In this document: in pieces, positions 60,790 through 64,000 of the stretch
Position numbering within the stretch: the first letter of the stretch is position 1
Layout: each line of letters starts with the position of its first letter
Source of the DNA: Bacteroidia bacterium
GTDB taxonomy: Bacteria; Bacteroidota; Bacteroidia; Chitinophagales; Saprospiraceae
Direction of reading: 5' to 3'
NCBI GenBank assembly: GCA_018680005.1
Contig: JAHHJQ010000378.1
Coordinates: forward strand, 63-64,062
DNA: 64,000 nt
Position numbers and translations under genes: made by a program
Notes under the pieces: generated by a model
Seen by the model: only the letters and a program-made list of their open reading frames with translations
Told to the model about the DNA's origin: nothing
The model's database searches: none

Positions 60790-61062
60790 ATGGCTACAAG
60801 AACAAAAATTACACCTTTGGCGAAGTTCATAATCATGTTGATTGTCGTGAGCCCTCTGGCATATTTAGGTGCTTCTTACTATAATGGAGAAGATGGCCTT
60901 CAGAATATCAGGGAATTTATCTCAAAAAAGGAAAATGTCGAAACTGCTAATGAAAATCTTCAAGAAAAGTCTAAAAAGGAGTTGATCGAAACGATTGAGT
61001 TAATGGAAATGAAAATTGATCAGCTTGAGCAGCGAATTGAACAATTAGAAAACGCACAATAA
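60790..61062 (+). CDS. Small membrane-anchored coiled-coil hypothetical protein
   Basis: One TM helix then heptad-rich tail (IELMEMKIDQLEQRIEQLE); ATG at 60790. Confidence 0.7.
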   Translation: MATRTKITPLAKFIIMLIVVSPLAYLGASYYNGEDGLQNIREFISKKENVETANENLQEKSKKELIETIELMEMKIDQLEQRIEQLENAQ

Positions 61063-61074
61063 AACTAAAAGTAC

Positions 61075-61443
61075 ATGATATCTTATATATCCTTAGCCGG
61101 TATGGAAGGGCAAAGCTGGATTACCATAATACTCGTTAATGCAGTTGCCTTAATTCTTTCTGCTTCAGTTCTTGATGGTGTTGAAATTAAAGGATTTGGC
61201 AAATCCATCATGGTGGCAATTGTCCTTGCCCTTCTCAATGCCACATTAGGTGCTCTATTAAAAGTTCTTACTTTCCCAATAAGCGTTTTAACACTCGGAT
61301 TATTCACCTTTGTTATCAATGCTTTCATTTTGAAAATCACCGCCAACCTTTTAAGTGGGTTTTATATTCGATCTTTTGGTCGAGCATTTCTATTATCCTT
61401 AATTCTGGCGCTCATTAATGCCTTGTTATTTGCAATTTTCTAA
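61075..61443 (+). CDS. 4-TM 'phage holin family' (YvlD-like) membrane protein
   Basis: LLKVLTFPISVLTLGLFTFVINA signature. Confidence 0.85.
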   Translation: MISYISLAGMEGQSWITIILVNAVALILSASVLDGVEIKGFGKSIMVAIVLALLNATLGALLKVLTFPISVLTLGLFTFVINAFILKITANLLSGFYIRSFGRAFLLSLILALINALLFAIF

Positions 61444-61558
61444 GGCACTACAAATTTGAATATTATAATTATTTAGAGTTTTTAAATTCCATAGTTGGAA
61501 TCACAATTTAAAAAAGCCTTTATTTGCGCTTTTGAATGATAAATACAAAGTGCCGAAG

Positions 61559-62515
61559 ATGCTCAAGATACTTGCCAACGATGGAGTCCATCCTACAGGG
61601 ATCAAATTATTAGAAGATGCTGGTCATACTGTGATAACAGAAAAAATTGCCCAAGATGATCTCCCTAATCAACTACCTAATTTTGATGTAATTCTTGTAA
61701 GAAGTGCAACAAAGGTCAGAAAAGATCTTATTGATCAATGTCCTAATCTAAAATTAATCGGTCGTGGTGGAGTTGGTCTGGATAATATTGATGTAGACTA
61801 TGCAAAATCTAAAGGCATACATGTGATCAATACTCCCGCAGCTTCTTCAAGGGCAGTAGCCGAATTGACATTTGGACATATGCTATCCCTTGCACGATTT
61901 TTACATGTCAGTAATAGAAAAATGCCAGTTTCCGGAAATTCTGAATTTGGCAAATTGAAGAAAAGCTTTGCCAAAGGATTCCAGATTTCAGGCAAGAAAC
62001 TTGGTATAATTGGATTTGGTAGAATCGGTCAGGAAACCGCTAAATTGGGAATTGGAATTGGTATGCACGTACTTCCAGTAGATCCTTACATTGCCAAAGC
62101 CACGCTTGATCTGAATTTTCCAAATAATCCTTCTCAGAACCTTCAAATGGAAATTGCAAGTGTTCCAATGGAAACTATGTTAGCCGAAGCAGATATTCTA
62201 TCCATCCATGTTCCTTTTGCAGGTGGCCAACCCATAATTGGGGCTAAGGAAATGGATAAAATGAAAGAAGGAGTTGTTATTGTGAATGCAGCCAGAGGTG
62301 GTGTCGTAGATGAACAGGCTTTATTGACTAATCTGGAGTCTGGAAAAATTAAAGCAGCAGCACTAGATGTATTTGTCGGTGAACCTGTTCCTAATCAAGC
62401 TCTTTTAGATCACCCACAAATTTCAGTTTCACCACATATTGGTGCTGCCACAGCAGAAGCACAAGAAAATATTGGAATTGAATTAGCTAGTCAAATTACT
62501 GATTTGCTTGGTTAA
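61559..62515 (+). CDS. serA: D-3-phosphoglycerate dehydrogenase (short form, no ACT domain)
   Basis: RSATKV, RGGVGLDNID, GFGRIG, NAARGG, SPHIGAAT; ATG 61559 chosen as start. Confidence 0.85.
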   Translation: MLKILANDGVHPTGIKLLEDAGHTVITEKIAQDDLPNQLPNFDVILVRSATKVRKDLIDQCPNLKLIGRGGVGLDNIDVDYAKSKGIHVINTPAASSRAVAELTFGHMLSLARFLHVSNRKMPVSGNSEFGKLKKSFAKGFQISGKKLGIIGFGRIGQETAKLGIGIGMHVLPVDPYIAKATLDLNFPNNPSQNLQMEIASVPMETMLAEADILSIHVPFAGGQPIIGAKEMDKMKEGVVIVNAARGGVVDEQALLTNLESGKIKAAALDVFVGEPVPNQALLDHPQISVSPHIGAATAEAQENIGIELASQITDLLG

Positions 62516-62788
62516 AAGTGATTTGCCATAAAGGCCTGACATCACTACAGTGAAGTATTACCATGGTCGATCGGATGCTTTCATTATCTGAAAATAAAGG
62601 TCAGAAATTTCAATAATGCGCAAAGGCGGCAACGATCTCTTGAATCTTTGATACATAGCCAATCTGTTTAGCCGATTCAAAATTTACTTTCACATCGTAC
62701 TCCATAGAATATAGCAATTTAACAGTATAGACGATATTGAATCAGTCTTAAATAAGGATAGAACTGCTTCATTCCAAATTTAAAGGAT

Positions 62789-62822
62789 AAAAAAAAGCCG
62801 AAGTTATTGACTCCGGCTTTTT
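62789..62822 (-). terminator. Intrinsic terminator after rpoC (possibly bidirectional)
   Basis: Minus strand AAAAAGCCGGAGT-CAATA-ACTTCGGC-TTTTTTTT. Confidence 0.88.
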
Positions 62823-62841
62823 GATTCCTATTGATGGAAAA

Positions 62842-64000
62842 CTACATCTCTTCTAGACCTGCTAGAGTTGAATGTTCTTCCATCGTGTATTCTTCTTTAG
62901 CTGTAACTATAATATCATTGTAGGCTTTTCTTCCTGTACCCGCAGGTATCAGTTTACCAACGATGACATTCTCCTTAAGACCATCTAATGTGTCTTTCTT
63001 AGCAGCTATTGTTGCCGCTGATAGTACCTTTGTGGTTTCCTGGAATGAAGCCGCGCTAATCCAGCTTTTAGTTCCTAATGAAGATTTGGTAATACCTAAC
63101 AGCAAAGGACTACTGGTGGCAGGTTTCGCGTCACGAAACTGAACTATTTTCTTATCATTTCTTTTGAGATATGAATTTTCCTCTCGCAATTGTCTTAATG
63201 AAACCAATTGTCCAGCTTTTAGCGTTTCAGAATCACTTGACTCCTCAATAAACTTTTTGTCATAGATCCAATCGTTTTCCTCTTGGAAGTCCAATTTATT
63301 CACAGCCTCCCCTTCCAAGAATCTTGTATCACCGGGATCCTCTATTTGTACTCTTCTCATCATTTGACGTACTATGACTTCAATATGTTTATCATTGATA
63401 TCAATGCCTTGAGAACGATAAACTTCCTGGACACCATTTACCAGATAAGATTGAACTGCAAATGGACCTTCTATGCTCAAAATATCCTTAGGAGCAATGG
63501 CACCATTAGAAAGTCTCATACCCGCTCTTACAAAATCACCATCCTGAATTAGAATGTGTTTGGAAAGACCAATCAAATACTTTCTTATCTGTCCATCATT
63601 AGCCTCAAGGATAACCTCGCGATTACCTCGCTTAATTTTACCCAATCGGGCAATTCCATCAACTTCTGAAATTACGGCTGGGTTTGAAGGATTACGTGCT
63701 TCGAATAGCTCTGTTACTCGAGGCAAACCTCCTGTGATATCCTGAATACCACCAAGTTTTCTTGGAATCTTCACTAACTTCTCACCTGCTTTAACCGAGG
63801 CACCATCTTCTACTTGAATATAGGCTCCAACAGGCAGATTGTAATTTCTCAACTCTTCTCCATCCGCACTGACCACTTTGATCGTAGGTATACGCTTCTT
63901 GTTCTTTGATTCGATAATCACTTTCTCCGCGTATCCAGTTTGATCATCTCTTTCCATTCTGAAGGTTTGGCCTTCTTCAATAGAATCATATTGAATGATA
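62842..64000 (-). CDS. rpoC: RNA polymerase beta' subunit, 3' part (5' end outside window)
   Basis: [47 protein letters not shown]. Confidence 0.99.
   Translation of the reverse strand, partial: IIQYDSIEEGQTFRMERDDQTGYAEKVIIESKNKKRIPTIKVVSADGEELRNYNLPVGAYIQVEDGASVKAGEKLVKIPRKLGGIQDITGGLPRVTELFEARNPSNPAVISEVDGIARLGKIKRGNREVILEANDGQIRKYLIGLSKHILIQDGDFVRAGMRLSNGAIAPKDILSIEGPFAVQSYLVNGVQEVYRSQGIDINDKHIEVIVRQMMRRVQIEDPGDTRFLEGEAVNKLDFQEENDWIYDKKFIEESSDSETLKAGQLVSLRQLREENSYLKRNDKKIVQFRDAKPATSSPLLLGITKSSLGTKSWISAASFQETTKVLSAATIAAKKDTLDGLKENVIVGKLIPAGTGRKAYNDIIVTAKEEYTMEEHSTLAGLEEM

Noticed and set aside
61075..61443. Holin as evidence of a prophage
   Set aside because: No phage structural, lysis or integrase genes; the family is common in chromosomes
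62516..62788. Small ORFs (31-32 aa, minus strand) or an ncRNA between serA and rpoC
   Set aside because: No recognisable motif, promoter or convincing structure, and they lie beyond the rpoC terminator
1414..63745. Many 60-165 aa ORFs antisense to or nested within identified genes (e.g. 7122-7616, 21905-22387, 34844-35284)
   Set aside because: Shadow ORFs of well-supported genes with no motifs of their own
62842..63957. 371-aa ORF as a split or truncated rpoC
   Set aside because: The frame stays open to the window edge, so the truncation is a window artefact

Overview
AT-rich, gene-dense core chromosome segment from a gliding Bacteroidota, inferred to be Saprospiraceae-like from the porP-gldKLMN block, type A and B T9SS cargo and TAnnTTTG promoters. 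Housekeeping blocks are fabH-efp-accB-accC-msbA-like, tatC, porX divergent from an HD hydrolase, glyA, tRNA-Leu-tig-clpP-clpX-truA, rel-fur-purA, rimK with an AstE/AspA-family hydrolase, ppx, rbfA, recG, serA and the 3' part of rpoC. I saw no phage, IS, integrase or CRISPR array. The most striking object is the secreted peptidoglycan-binding protein at 24010-25683. It has nine 23-aa outbound repeats, a Cys-rich turn and nine return repeats with mirror-symmetric variation, suggesting a very long beta-hairpin stalk that might polymerise through disulfides. Other leads are a metal ABC permease-DtxR fusion with an upstream palindrome, a GT2-GT2-GT-C operon ending in a lipoprotein methyltransferase, a thioredoxin-SPOR fusion, an 1113-aa unknown with a sigma54-like promoter, and a long, possibly structured 5' leader. 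All family assignments come from motif recognition by eye; no searches were run.
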